Of a stretch of DNA of 64,000 nt, positions 36,002 to 45,984 are shown piece after piece (positions within the stretch are counted from its first letter, which is position 1; every line of letters starts with the position of its first letter). A model generated the notes under the pieces. The model was not told the DNA's origin and made no database searches. It saw only the letters and a list, made by a program, of their open reading frames with translations. This DNA is from an uncultured Bacilli bacterium (GTDB taxonomy: Bacteria; Bacillota_I; Bacilli_A; RF39; UBA660), in assembly GCA_910583745.1 (NCBI GenBank), contig CAJTZC010000001.1, forward strand, positions 34,746 through 98,745. The letters are read 5' to 3'. Position numbers and translations under genes: made by a program.

Positions 36002-39000
36002 CTATAATCTAAGACTTCTCAAGAATTGTTGGTATTCTATCGCATCTGTTATGATACGTTTTCCTAACGTTTTACTGTAGATGTAATGGACAGTTTGTCC
36101 TTCTTTATCATTATACTCGATATCGATTATCGATTCAACATTTTCAGAAATCGGCGATAAATCAGAAACGGCCATATTTTTATAATGATTGTTGAATTTA
36201 AGAGCGTGGAATTCTTTTTCGTCTAAAACATTTTCGAATACTGTCTTGAAGTAAGTATAGATTTCGTATCCATCCATATCGCCTGGAATCGGTCTGTCGA
36301 AATATTGCTCGATTATACTCTTCGTATCTGGAGCTTTAAATATTTTTTTAAATAAGCCACTGTTGCCGAATAACTTTTTACTTTTATCCAATTGGTCTTT
36401 TAAATAGCCATTTTGTGTGGCAAAACCAATTTGATTATCTGTAGCTAATAGTTGTCTATTGAAGACGTTGTCGATGTTATTTTTGAAATAATCTTGCGCG
36501 TATAGGCCATGTAGTCTTATTCCAGACATGGTTTTAGGCAATATTACGAAGCCATTCGTCTGCATGCCTGATTTGACTGCCGTGAGGTCTATTCTACCGT
36601 CTAACTTATCGGTTGCGTCTGCGACGAGTATTTTGTCGCCATATTTGATTTCGACCCAATAATGTCCTTTTCCTTTCACTTCGACATCTTCTGGATTAAA
36701 GCCGGCTTCGATTAATAGTTCTCTATATAACTGTGCCCAGCCTTTACAGACTACCTTGCGGTCTTCACTTAGGGAAGCGAACGTTATGTCTTCTTCGACT
36801 AAAGCGTTCTTTATTTCTTTGCTCGCTTTAAAGTAAGTCGAATCATAGTATATGGATTTGTTCAGTTCTATATATAATGCACGAGCCTTCGTGAAAGGAT
36901 TGTCGTATTGCGCGATGGCGGCTAGAATTTTGTTTTTCAATTCGATATTTCCGCGTTCTCTGTGTTTGTATTTCTCGACGAGACCTGTCTCGTGAACCGA
37001 AAGACTTCCCACTTGCATCGACAATTCCTCTGCAAGTTTTTCCGCTTGCACTACTTTTTGTGCTGTGTCAGCATCTAATTGGATGTCGACTCCGTCTAAA
37101 TAGTTTTTGACTTTAAAATCCTGTTTCAGTCTTTTCAATTCGATGCGTTTGATAATCATCTCTAAATCACTCAATTGTCTTACGTCTCCGACAGGTTGTG
37201 ATAATCTTATCTGTTTTAGTAATTCTCTGTTTAACCTTTTTATTTCAGAAGGTTCTGGTGTATCGATTTCCAAAGTTCCCGGGTCTGTCATTGCTTCGTC
37301 CATCGCTTCTAAGCCTGGATCTGTTTTTCCTAAGTCGAATACTTCCAAACCTGGGTCCGTTTTTCCTAAATCGAACACTTCTATACCAGGGTCTGTCTTT
37401 CCTAAATCGATTTCTGACATGTGCGTTTGTGTGTTGGCGTAGTTGAAATCTGGTCTTGTTCCTAAAGGGATTGTCGGTTCAACTTTAAATCTAACTTCAT
37501 AGGTTGTCAAATCCGCGCCCTCTGTGAGGTTTTCTTTAAGGGAATCTACGAGGAATGTATATTTCTCTCCCCAAGAAGATACGATAGGGTTTAATTGTTC
37601 ATCAAAACCGACAATGACCATAGCATGTCCTCCAATATCTTTTAAACTATCGTCTTCTTTTTTCGCAAATTGGAGTGCTCTATCTAATATCGAGGCTTTG
37701 TTTTTACGAGACATATCTTTTAAATCGAAATGACTAGCACCTATAGTTTGTAACCCATCGGAGTTCATCATCGATGCGAATAAATGTTTACGAAGGTCTT
37801 CATTTTTTATATCGAATGTCTGTGATGTAACCGTGCATGTAATCCCTTTTTCTTTGAAATAAGGAGTTACCTTTGTATCATAATCTTCTTTTCTTAACCC
37901 TCCGGAATTTTCTATAATCGATTCGATAGACATGTTTTGTTTCGTATAGTAATGTAAAAATATATCAAAAGCGAGGGCTTCAAAGTTATACGATGTCGAT
38001 TGGCCATCCGTATATTTTATGTCAAAACCTAATCTTTCCTTAAAAATTTGAGGACCATCTTTTATTGAATCCATATAAGTAATGAAATTGTTTGCTATCG
38101 CCATGTATGCACAACCATTACTTACGTAAGCTTCCGCTAAATTTACTTTTTGAATCGGTGTGGCGTCTTTAAAATGATGATTTATCATTGCGTCTAACAA
38201 CTTTGCTTTTTGTACATCTACCGCAGATAATTTGTTATTCTTCCAAAAGTCTCCAACAAGTCTATCGACGTCACTTTGGTCTCCTCCAAACTTTTCAGCA
38301 TAGACTCTTTCGAATGCTTCAAATGATTGATGAGGAGGAGGAGTATTTTTATATCTTTCTAAATCAGTGGGTTCTATATGTATGTTTTCGATGCCTACGA
38401 TGTTATATTGCTCTATGATTTTATCGGTCATGACGTATAAGTTTCCATAAAAGTCCAGTTCGGGAAAAACAATTTTTTCGTGTTCTATTCCGTTTACCGT
38501 GTAGGTCATCTTGTATGCTTGCCGATGATCGTTCACTTCTAAAGTGTAAGTCCCCAACGGTTTTATACTTTCTACTGTAAAATTTTTTGCTCCCTTTAGT
38601 CGTGGATTATTTAAATTGAGTTCGGCACCGTCTGATAAGACTATAAACGTTTGACGTACACCATCGACTACAACTGTTACCTCGTTTAACCCGTTTTCGA
38701 AATTTAACTGATTTCTATTAAATATTTTTTTAGAAGCTTCATAATCTGGTGTGATTGCTTTAATTCTCAGATTGCCATTCAATATATCTTTCACACTATT
38801 TATATTACTCAACGCCTTCACATCGAAATAGATTTTTCCAAAAAAAGCTTTTGCTGGTATGTTTACTATGTTACCATCGACTTCATAAACGGCGGTATAT
38901 ATTTTAGCAGCATTCTCGTCGACAGAAGCACTGAGTTTATTGTTAACGGGGTCATATACTAGCTTCTCTTGCAGGCCACTGCCTAGGATGTCCGCTAAGG

Positions 39001-42000
39001 ATTGTTTTGCTTCTGCAACGATGTTTTTAACAATGCCCATTCTTGTACGAGTTGCACTATTCGCTGGTGGATTCATCGTATCTAGAATGCTTTCGATTCG
39101 TAGAAGGTATTCTATATTTTGTACTCTATAATCGTCGCTGTACAGTTCCATTATCATGTTGCCCAAATGGGAACTAAAGGTGTTCTCTATCTCCGCGTCG
39201 CTTAGGTTTGCTTCTTGTAATGATTTTAATTTTTCAATCATGGCAGTGTATGTTTTTTTCGCAGTTTGCTTCTCCCTTTCGGATTGTCTATATATATCTG
39301 ACGAAACATCTGTCTTTGCGTTTTCTATCTTTGCTCTTTTCGCGGCTTCTAGGTTTGGCATCGTGAATTCAAAGCTCATGACGTTTGCCGTAGAGTCTTC
39401 TTTCACAGTGCTCTCAATATTGAATTCGAACTGTTTTCCCCAAGAAGAGACGGTCAAATCCAGATTCTCTTTTATGTCCGTTATAAGCATCGCATGTGCT
39501 CCAATATTTTCTTTAAAAAGACCATTCGTCGTCGCATTTGCTAATGCCCCATCGTATGCATCTTCGGTCATCAAAGAAGCGTTTGTTATTTTTAAATCGA
39601 AATTCTTTGCGATTAAAATATTGAAACTGTTCTTATTGTTTAAGAGTGCAGAAAAAATGCTGTTTTGAGACTTCGTCATACTCGTTTTTGCGTCGTTTGT
39701 CGTGAATCGATAATCGAAACCGAACCCTCTTTCTTTAAAATAAGGTACTAGCATTTGATTCAAGGTTGCTGGTCCCATGCCTGCTTCTGCATGACTTTTA
39801 AATATGTTTTCCACGGTGTGATATTCTTTAGAAATGTAGGATAAGTACATATCGAAGGCAAGTGCCTCTACGTTGTATGATTTTATTCCATCGATTTCAT
39901 AGAGCATATCGAAGCCCATTGTATCGCTGAAGATTTTTGCTCCGTTTTCTTGGCTTCCTATAAAGGTCATGAACGCATTTGACGATGCTATCCAGCCACA
40001 TCCGCCTTCGGCAAAGTGTTCAGAGACACTCAGTTTTTGTACATCTGTTATGTCTGGGAAATATTTTATCAATCGATTTTCTAATAATTCGGCTTTTGCA
40101 CCTTCTAAACCGGTTAAACTTTCTCCTTCCAATTTTTTATGTAAGAGTCTCGGTATATCGGATTGATTTCCACCATACTGTTCATTGCTCATCACTTCAG
40201 AGAACGCTTTGTATTCTGAAATTTTTGGTATGCGATTTCTGGTATCTGCAAGGTCTATTTTTTCAGCAACTACGTTTGTTACTCCACTCAAATTATTGGC
40301 TTGTATAAAGTCATTTATATTTAAAACGTGTTCATCTGTGTTCTTATAATAGATGGTTTTAGGCGTGGTCATGAACACTTCTTGTTGTACATTTCCTATT
40401 TGGTAAGAGACTTTGTATAACGCTTCGCTGTCTTCTATTTGGATATCGAAGTCGCCTTTGCCAGTTACTTTTACTACCTCCACCGATTTTGTATCTTTCA
40501 AGGTCGTCTCTAACATATCGTTTACATCTTTTAGGAATCCGTTTTTTGAAGAGATTACTAAAGTCGTCTCTCTTCCATCCACAGATAAAACGATTTCGTT
40601 TATACCTTGCTTTAATCCCATCGCTTCGGTTATGACCAGATTGGATTTTTTGATATTCGCAGAGACGTCTTTAATTTTAATTTTTCCCTGTGCTAACCAT
40701 GCTGCATATTCTGCGTTTTTTAGTATGGTCCATTTAAAATCTACTGTTCCATCGGATTGAGAGACAGTAATCGTCTTCGAGATGCCATCTAGTTCTAGAG
40801 TGATATCATAGTAAGCAAAGTTTTCATCGACTTTTGCGCCAAAACTTGCCATATCATCTATTAGAGCAATTTTGCTGTCGATGTTTGCCACTAGATTCTG
40901 TTTTAAAGTGCTTTCTGCTTCTAGCCCTGCGTCCTCTAAACTGCGCAACTTACTCTCTATCCTTTTATCTGGGAAATTCGGGAATGGCAGAATGTTATCG
41001 ATTGCATTCTTTTTTGCTATATCGCCAAGGAGAATTTCTCTGTTGTAGAATTTCTCTTCGACAGAGTCTAGCAATTTTACATATGCATCGATACCGATTT
41101 CTTGTCTCAGTGTAGAATCGAGATGCTCTTTTGTAGTAGAAATTCCGTCCATGAGTTCATAGAATTCTGCTTTGTCTAAAGAAATAATCTTATTTACAAA
41201 GGCTTCACTCGTCAAAAAGTAGGACTTACTAAAATTGGAAAATTGTTGCACGACGTCTTTAAAGTCGGAAAATTCTAATCCTCCTATTAAGGTTGTCAAC
41301 TCCGAGCTGTCAAAAATGCTGTTGAACTCTTGTGTCGTCAACGTCGATAAATTTTTAATAAATTCCGACTGAAAGTTTTTGTTTAAGAAATTATTAGAAT
41401 AGAGCGCAATTAATTTCTCCGTTCCTACTAATTCTTTGAGCATGATTGGGTCTTTGCTCATGAAAAATGTGTATTTGTTGGCCAGCTCATCCAATTTGCC
41501 ACTTTCGATGAGACCTCTTACAAAATCTTGTTTAAACTCTGTCATGCTTTCATAACTAGGTGGCAGTTGTGCTGTTCCATTTAAGACAGCTAAGAAGAAA
41601 TCGTCAAAAGCATCTTGTGTAATCGAGTGCTCGTTTATTTCTTCTAGTATGACGGGATTAAAACTCTCTTTGGCTTTAAAGATTTCGTGTGCCATTTCCA
41701 TGCTGGTCCCTGCATTCCCCATTTTAGGTAAAGTGAGTGGCTCGATACTTGGAATTGCTACTTCTTTGAAATCTGCATTCTTTATGAATATGTTTTTTAA
41801 ATCGTTCAGCAATTGTGTTCTCTGTTCTTTTTGGCTTATCTTTTCTAGGTTTTCTGCGAGTTCTGCTTGTATTCTCGAGGCTTCAATGCCCTGAGCAAAT
41901 TTCTGGGCTTTGTTTCCTTCGACTTGGGACAACATATCTTGTGCCATGTTTTTAGAGACATTGTGAGCAGTTCTTACGCCTCCGAAAGTACCAAAGCATA

Positions 42001-44758
42001 CGCCGGATACAAATCCTCCCAAGAAGGCTTGACCTAGTTGGTCGACGAATTCGCCGTTTGCTAGGCTACGAGCCTCATTTTCGGTTTTTCCTATCGAAAG
42101 ATAGTTTGCAATGCTGAGCGAATGGTTGCTCAAGTCGCCCGCGATAATCTCGTCGAAAATGTAGTTCAGTATCTCCGTCGCGAACTCTTCTTCTCCTTCC
42201 GCGATACCTTGACTTATCGCTCCTGCGACGAGGTAGGTTGACTTCGTCGCGATGCTTGCGACGGTTTCATTCGGAATGATAGTAGCAATCTTGGAAACCA
42301 ATTGTGAAGTGCTCGCGCCTAGTTTTGTCTCAAGATTGAGCAAGTGTCCGACAGAGTAACTCTCCATGAGCGTTTCGACAGCGGCTGCTGAGAAAGCGAG
42401 TGCGATGGCCGAACCATCTGTAAGACCTCTATCTAAGGCGTCGTTCAGTGATGAAACGTAAGAACGAGAACCCATCAACGTCGCACTTAAGGCTGGAACG
42501 GCTGCCCCGCCTGTCAACGCACTTACCCCTATCAAGCTGACACTGTCGGCCATACTCATGCCTGTGCTGTAAAGGAACGATAACCCTTCTCCATGTGCTT
42601 CTGCAATGTTCTGTGCGACTTCGCCTCTCCAAACGTCACCACTGCTATACACCGTCGTCCTTCTTATCTTTTCGTCGTTAAAATAGGAGTTTAGTGAGTA
42701 ACATGCTGCACTGAGTCCTTCTATCGGCGTGACGACGATGGACGCAATCGAAGAGAGAACAGGATGCTCTGTCGCGTAATTCTGGTCTTTCATCGTCCTA
42801 TCTGCTAACCATCTGTAATCCAATTCGTCCGAGATGTCTTGTAAGTATTTGTAAGCAGAATCTGCGCCTTCTTTGTTCAAAATGTAGTTAAAGATGCTCT
42901 TCTCCTCCGTGGTCATCAGAGACTTCCACACTCCGAAGTTTTCAACTAAATCGTCTTTGGACGATATTTGATAGAGGACTGTTCCGATGGTGATGTATTT
43001 CCCGTCGACAACAGCGTCTTCATTTAATATGCATGCGACGAGAGTCGTCACTTCTTCTTTTGAAGTGACATCGATGATAGGTAGACCGTCGTAGTAATCT
43101 GGTAAACTCGTATCTTGGTGCGCTTTTTTGAACTCTTCCAACTTGTCTAACTGTGCCCTGTCGAAAGTATTGTAGATTTTGTAGTCGGCATTGTTGATGT
43201 AAGCATCGATGTAATTTAAAGTGTATGCTATCTCTTTTGCAATCGTATCGTAGAGATAGAGATACGATGAGACTTGCGATTGGAGTTCTTGTATTTTGGC
43301 ATCGATGTTCTCGATGTTCTTCGTTCTCGCATCTATGGTGTTCTCGTAATCTTGAAACAATCTTTCAAAAAAGCTGTTCTGTTCGACAGTCTCTTTCCAT
43401 TTGTACACCGTTTTGGTCTCTTTACTGAAAAGAGGTTTGTATGTCTCTTCAGTGAGAAGTGATTTTAGCTCTTTTAAAAGGTTGCTGTCTTTATACAATT
43501 CGCCAATCGTTACCGTGTTATAGATGGCTTCGCTGTCGTAGTCGTTCGATAGATAAGGGTCGACGTAGGTGATATGCGTCTTTCCGTCTTTGTCTTGGTA
43601 CTCCCACGCGGCTGGTTGGGAAAGAACGTCGTCCAAGTTTCCACCAAAACGCATGTCGTTGATGACTTTTAGCACTGTGTCCAACTCGCGATTGTCTATC
43701 GTCTCTTTTTGATTTTTTAAAGTGCTTATTTCTCTTTTGGTCTCTTTTATTGCGTCATCCAATTCTTTTAAACTAGAAAACTCGAGTCCATAAGCTTGAA
43801 GGTACGAAGCGGCAAGCATCTCGCCTCGACGGGTATTGTCTTTATCGTTTTGTATTTCGTCTATCAGATTTTCAATGGTGATAGAGCCGCTTAGGACGCG
43901 CATTATATCTGCTTCTCTCAGTCCGAATACTTTGAGAGCACCGACATATTCACTCGAATCGATTTCTGTGCGGACCGTTCTACTGAATCTATCTGTATCG
44001 GTGATGTATCCGTTTCCGTTTTTGAATCCCCCTTTGTCCGTCGCATTTTCTGCGTCGTTTTGGTTCAAATCGAAACCGAACTCTCCATCGTTGTTTCCGA
44101 ACGAATTTCCGGTTCGATTATTAAATAGGTTCATAGAATCGCTGTCGTTTTGGTTTGTCCTAGAACCTCCTGTGTTGAAAGTGTTTTGATCGAATTTGTC
44201 TTCGGTGTCTTTTTTTAGATTTATATCGGCATTGCCATCTCTATTGGTATTAAACATATTATTTTTTGTGTCTGTGTTTTCGTTCGAAAAATTTTTGTTC
44301 ATGTCAAAAGAACCGTTTTTACCGGCATTCGCATTTTCTATCCTGCTGGCAGCGTCTTTTCCATTTCCATTGGACGAGAAGGCACCCTCAGTTTGGTCGG
44401 CAATGGAATTTCCCATTGCATTTGGATTGTTCGAGTTATTCGTTCCATTTTGTATTATACCATTGCCCGGTTGAGCACCGTTCTGGATGGCGTCTTGGCC
44501 GAAAGGATTCGTCGCGCTGTTGTTTGGTGCGACGTTGATATTCTGAGAAGTTTGGGTATCCGAACCCAACGATAAATCCAATGTCTCCGTCTGGTTCGAA
44601 TTCGTTCCCCCGTAGGCATTCGCACCATTTAAATTCGAATTATAATTTCCTTTTTCTATCGCATTGGACAGATTTATGTTTTCTCCTTTTGTCGGGTCGT
44701 TATAGAGTTTTCCGAGGTTGACATTGTCAAACTTAAAATTGAAATTAAATGCTTCCAT
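36002..44758 (-). CDS. Giant 2918-aa multidomain protein: N/G/S/T-rich disordered N-terminus, long helical region, two tandem papain-like cysteine-peptidase-like modules, DLGKTDPGxEVF x3 repeat, C-terminal transglutaminase-like Cys-His-Asp domain
   Basis: AAGAGG RBS 9 nt upstream. Module 1 (~39380-40100): EGGCGWIASSNAF ... GAHAMLITDI ... SSWG. Module 2 (~37500-38220): SNGCAYMAIANNF ... GGHAMVIVGF ... SSWG. C-term (~36600-36760): VCKGWAQLYRELLIEAGF...GHYWVEIKYGDKILVADATD. No signal peptide. Confidence 0.8.
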   Translation of the reverse strand: MEAFNFNFKFDNVNLGKLYNDPTKGENINLSNAIEKGNYNSNLNGANAYGGTNSNQTETLDLSLGSDTQTSQNINVAPNNSATNPFGQDAIQNGAQPGNGIIQNGTNNSNNPNAMGNSIADQTEGAFSSNGNGKDAASRIENANAGKNGSFDMNKNFSNENTDTKNNMFNTNRDGNADINLKKDTEDKFDQNTFNTGGSRTNQNDSDSMNLFNNRTGNSFGNNDGEFGFDLNQNDAENATDKGGFKNGNGYITDTDRFSRTVRTEIDSSEYVGALKVFGLREADIMRVLSGSITIENLIDEIQNDKDNTRRGEMLAASYLQAYGLEFSSLKELDDAIKETKREISTLKNQKETIDNRELDTVLKVINDMRFGGNLDDVLSQPAAWEYQDKDGKTHITYVDPYLSNDYDSEAIYNTVTIGELYKDSNLLKELKSLLTEETYKPLFSKETKTVYKWKETVEQNSFFERLFQDYENTIDARTKNIENIDAKIQELQSQVSSYLYLYDTIAKEIAYTLNYIDAYINNADYKIYNTFDRAQLDKLEEFKKAHQDTSLPDYYDGLPIIDVTSKEEVTTLVACILNEDAVVDGKYITIGTVLYQISSKDDLVENFGVWKSLMTTEEKSIFNYILNKEGADSAYKYLQDISDELDYRWLADRTMKDQNYATEHPVLSSIASIVVTPIEGLSAACYSLNSYFNDEKIRRTTVYSSGDVWRGEVAQNIAEAHGEGLSFLYSTGMSMADSVSLIGVSALTGGAAVPALSATLMGSRSYVSSLNDALDRGLTDGSAIALAFSAAAVETLMESYSVGHLLNLETKLGASTSQLVSKIATIIPNETVASIATKSTYLVAGAISQGIAEGEEEFATEILNYIFDEIIAGDLSNHSLSIANYLSIGKTENEARSLANGEFVDQLGQAFLGGFVSGVCFGTFGGVRTAHNVSKNMAQDMLSQVEGNKAQKFAQGIEASRIQAELAENLEKISQKEQRTQLLNDLKNIFIKNADFKEVAIPSIEPLTLPKMGNAGTSMEMAHEIFKAKESFNPVILEEINEHSITQDAFDDFFLAVLNGTAQLPPSYESMTEFKQDFVRGLIESGKLDELANKYTFFMSKDPIMLKELVGTEKLIALYSNNFLNKNFQSEFIKNLSTLTTQEFNSIFDSSELTTLIGGLEFSDFKDVVQQFSNFSKSYFLTSEAFVNKIISLDKAEFYELMDGISTTKEHLDSTLRQEIGIDAYVKLLDSVEEKFYNREILLGDIAKKNAIDNILPFPNFPDKRIESKLRSLEDAGLEAESTLKQNLVANIDSKIALIDDMASFGAKVDENFAYYDITLELDGISKTITVSQSDGTVDFKWTILKNAEYAAWLAQGKIKIKDVSANIKKSNLVITEAMGLKQGINEIVLSVDGRETTLVISSKNGFLKDVNDMLETTLKDTKSVEVVKVTGKGDFDIQIEDSEALYKVSYQIGNVQQEVFMTTPKTIYYKNTDEHVLNINDFIQANNLSGVTNVVAEKIDLADTRNRIPKISEYKAFSEVMSNEQYGGNQSDIPRLLHKKLEGESLTGLEGAKAELLENRLIKYFPDITDVQKLSVSEHFAEGGCGWIASSNAFMTFIGSQENGAKIFSDTMGFDMLYEIDGIKSYNVEALAFDMYLSYISKEYHTVENIFKSHAEAGMGPATLNQMLVPYFKERGFGFDYRFTTNDAKTSMTKSQNSIFSALLNNKNSFNILIAKNFDLKITNASLMTEDAYDGALANATTNGLFKENIGAHAMLITDIKENLDLTVSSWGKQFEFNIESTVKEDSTANVMSFEFTMPNLEAAKRAKIENAKTDVSSDIYRQSEREKQTAKKTYTAMIEKLKSLQEANLSDAEIENTFSSHLGNMIMELYSDDYRVQNIEYLLRIESILDTMNPPANSATRTRMGIVKNIVAEAKQSLADILGSGLQEKLVYDPVNNKLSASVDENAAKIYTAVYEVDGNIVNIPAKAFFGKIYFDVKALSNINSVKDILNGNLRIKAITPDYEASKKIFNRNQLNFENGLNEVTVVVDGVRQTFIVLSDGAELNLNNPRLKGAKNFTVESIKPLGTYTLEVNDHRQAYKMTYTVNGIEHEKIVFPELDFYGNLYVMTDKIIEQYNIVGIENIHIEPTDLERYKNTPPPHQSFEAFERVYAEKFGGDQSDVDRLVGDFWKNNKLSAVDVQKAKLLDAMINHHFKDATPIQKVNLAEAYVSNGCAYMAIANNFITYMDSIKDGPQIFKERLGFDIKYTDGQSTSYNFEALAFDIFLHYYTKQNMSIESIIENSGGLRKEDYDTKVTPYFKEKGITCTVTSQTFDIKNEDLRKHLFASMMNSDGLQTIGASHFDLKDMSRKNKASILDRALQFAKKEDDSLKDIGGHAMVIVGFDEQLNPIVSSWGEKYTFLVDSLKENLTEGADLTTYEVRFKVEPTIPLGTRPDFNYANTQTHMSEIDLGKTDPGIEVFDLGKTDPGLEVFDLGKTDPGLEAMDEAMTDPGTLEIDTPEPSEIKRLNRELLKQIRLSQPVGDVRQLSDLEMIIKRIELKRLKQDFKVKNYLDGVDIQLDADTAQKVVQAEKLAEELSMQVGSLSVHETGLVEKYKHRERGNIELKNKILAAIAQYDNPFTKARALYIELNKSIYYDSTYFKASKEIKNALVEEDITFASLSEDRKVVCKGWAQLYRELLIEAGFNPEDVEVKGKGHYWVEIKYGDKILVADATDKLDGRIDLTAVKSGMQTNGFVILPKTMSGIRLHGLYAQDYFKNNIDNVFNRQLLATDNQIGFATQNGYLKDQLDKSKKLFGNSGLFKKIFKAPDTKSIIEQYFDRPIPGDMDGYEIYTYFKTVFENVLDEKEFHALKFNNHYKNMAVSDLSPISENVESIIDIEYNDKEGQTVHYIYSKTLGKRIITDAIEYQQFLRSLRL
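37301..37408. repeat. 3 x 36-bp in-frame tandem repeat inside the giant gene, encoding DLGKTDPG(I/L)E(V/A)(F/M)
   Basis: Units 37301-37336, 37337-37372 and 37373-37408 are near-identical. Confidence 0.6.
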
Positions 44759-44784
44759 TTTTTATCGACCTCTTCATTCTTTTT

Positions 44785-45030
44785 TTACTTGTCTTTTAGC
44801 TTTCTTTGTAAACTAGGTATCATCGTGCCATTTATATCTTTCGACACGTTTGCAAGGGTTCTCTGTGTGTCATCCATTTCTTTTTTGATGAAGGATTCCC
44901 CATCGATTTCGATGCTTCTCTTGGCTACTTTTTCGGCAAGAGAAAGCTCGCTTTGTAGAGCTTCTATTTTGTCGTCGATGCTCCGGAGTCTCTCGATTAT
45001 CTCTCGATATTTTCTATTTTCTTCGTTCAC
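44785..45030 (-). CDS. Small helical protein (81 aa), possible WXG100-superfamily/Lap-like T7SS accessory
   Basis: Predicted coiled-coil/helical hairpin composition. Sits immediately upstream of the giant gene. Confidence 0.35.
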   Translation of the reverse strand: MNEENRKYREIIERLRSIDDKIEALQSELSLAEKVAKRSIEIDGESFIKKEMDDTQRTLANVSKDINGTMIPSLQRKLKDK

Positions 45031-45329
45031 TAGTTCAGCCCTCCGTCGAATTTTTTGATGGTCTCGTTGCTCAGCGTCTCGTATAGTTCAATGGCTTTTT
45101 TTAGAGTTGTTGCGTATTGATTTCGTTTCGAATAGAGCATGGAGCATTTCATTTTAAGGTTGTCGATGTCATTTAAAAGTTGTGGAATGTTTTGAGACTG
45201 GTAGAACTCTCTGCAGACTTCGAGTTGGCTACAAATGTCTTCTAGAGTTTTTCTCTCTTCTTCTTTGTAATATTCTATCTGTTCGATGTCTTTTTCGAGC
45301 AGTTCTCTATCTAAAAGTCCCTCATTCAT
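45030..45329 (-). CDS. Small helical protein (99 aa), WXG100-sized
   Basis: Helical, ~100 aa, no W-x-G motif. Stop/start abutting the next gene. Confidence 0.35.
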   Translation of the reverse strand: MNEGLLDRELLEKDIEQIEYYKEEERKTLEDICSQLEVCREFYQSQNIPQLLNDIDNLKMKCSMLYSKRNQYATTLKKAIELYETLSNETIKKFDGGLN

Positions 45330-45340
45330 ATTCCTCTCTC

Positions 45341-45910
45341 CTATGGCAAATCGAAATCAAATTCGTTTATTTTTACTTCCTCTAGCGTCTTTATCTTTGC
45401 CTCGATTTTGTTTTCGATGGCTTCGATTTCTGAAAACATTTCTTTGGCTTTTGTTTTAAAATTTTTACAAGCGATTCTTACATTGACGACTTTTCTTCGT
45501 GCGGCTTCTATCGAGGGCCTAACGCTGTAATAGAAGCTTCTATCTATTCTATCGAACTCTGCCACTATCGCATTGGTGTGGAGATAACATTCGTCGAAAG
45601 TATGTAGCAAGGTGTCCTTTTCATTGAGGTTGCACTTCAGTTTTTTTCCGAATGCACTGTATCTCTCGTAGATGAAGTCGTAGAGATTTTTTCTCTCTTT
45701 CAAAGACAGTTTCAATAAGTCTGTCTCTTTTCTATCTCCGTAAATTTCGCTTTCAAACTTTTCCGAGTTCCCATCGCGCCAATCGGTGCAACTCGTCTTG
45801 AGTTGATTGAACAGATTGAGTTCTATTTCTTCATATTCATCTAAAAGTTTCTGTAATCGTTCGATGGCGTTTTTTAGCGATGAAATATCAACTTCTAGCA
45901 TAAATATCAC
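45341..45910 (-). CDS. Helical hypothetical protein (189 aa)
   Basis: No TM. Coiled-coil-like. Confidence 0.35.
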   Translation of the reverse strand: MIFMLEVDISSLKNAIERLQKLLDEYEEIELNLFNQLKTSCTDWRDGNSEKFESEIYGDRKETDLLKLSLKERKNLYDFIYERYSAFGKKLKCNLNEKDTLLHTFDECYLHTNAIVAEFDRIDRSFYYSVRPSIEAARRKVVNVRIACKNFKTKAKEMFSEIEAIENKIEAKIKTLEEVKINEFDFDLP

Positions 45911-45984
45911 CTTTTTTCCAAATATACGACAACGATTTCTATCGTTGTCATAGATTTAGAAAAAGAAGTTTCTTTTTCTAAAGA

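Noticed and set aside
37301-37408. Possible CRISPR array suggested by regularly spaced repeats
   Set aside because: Units are contiguous 36-bp in-frame codon repeats with no spacers, inside a coding region. No cas genes in the window. No CRISPR array elsewhere either.
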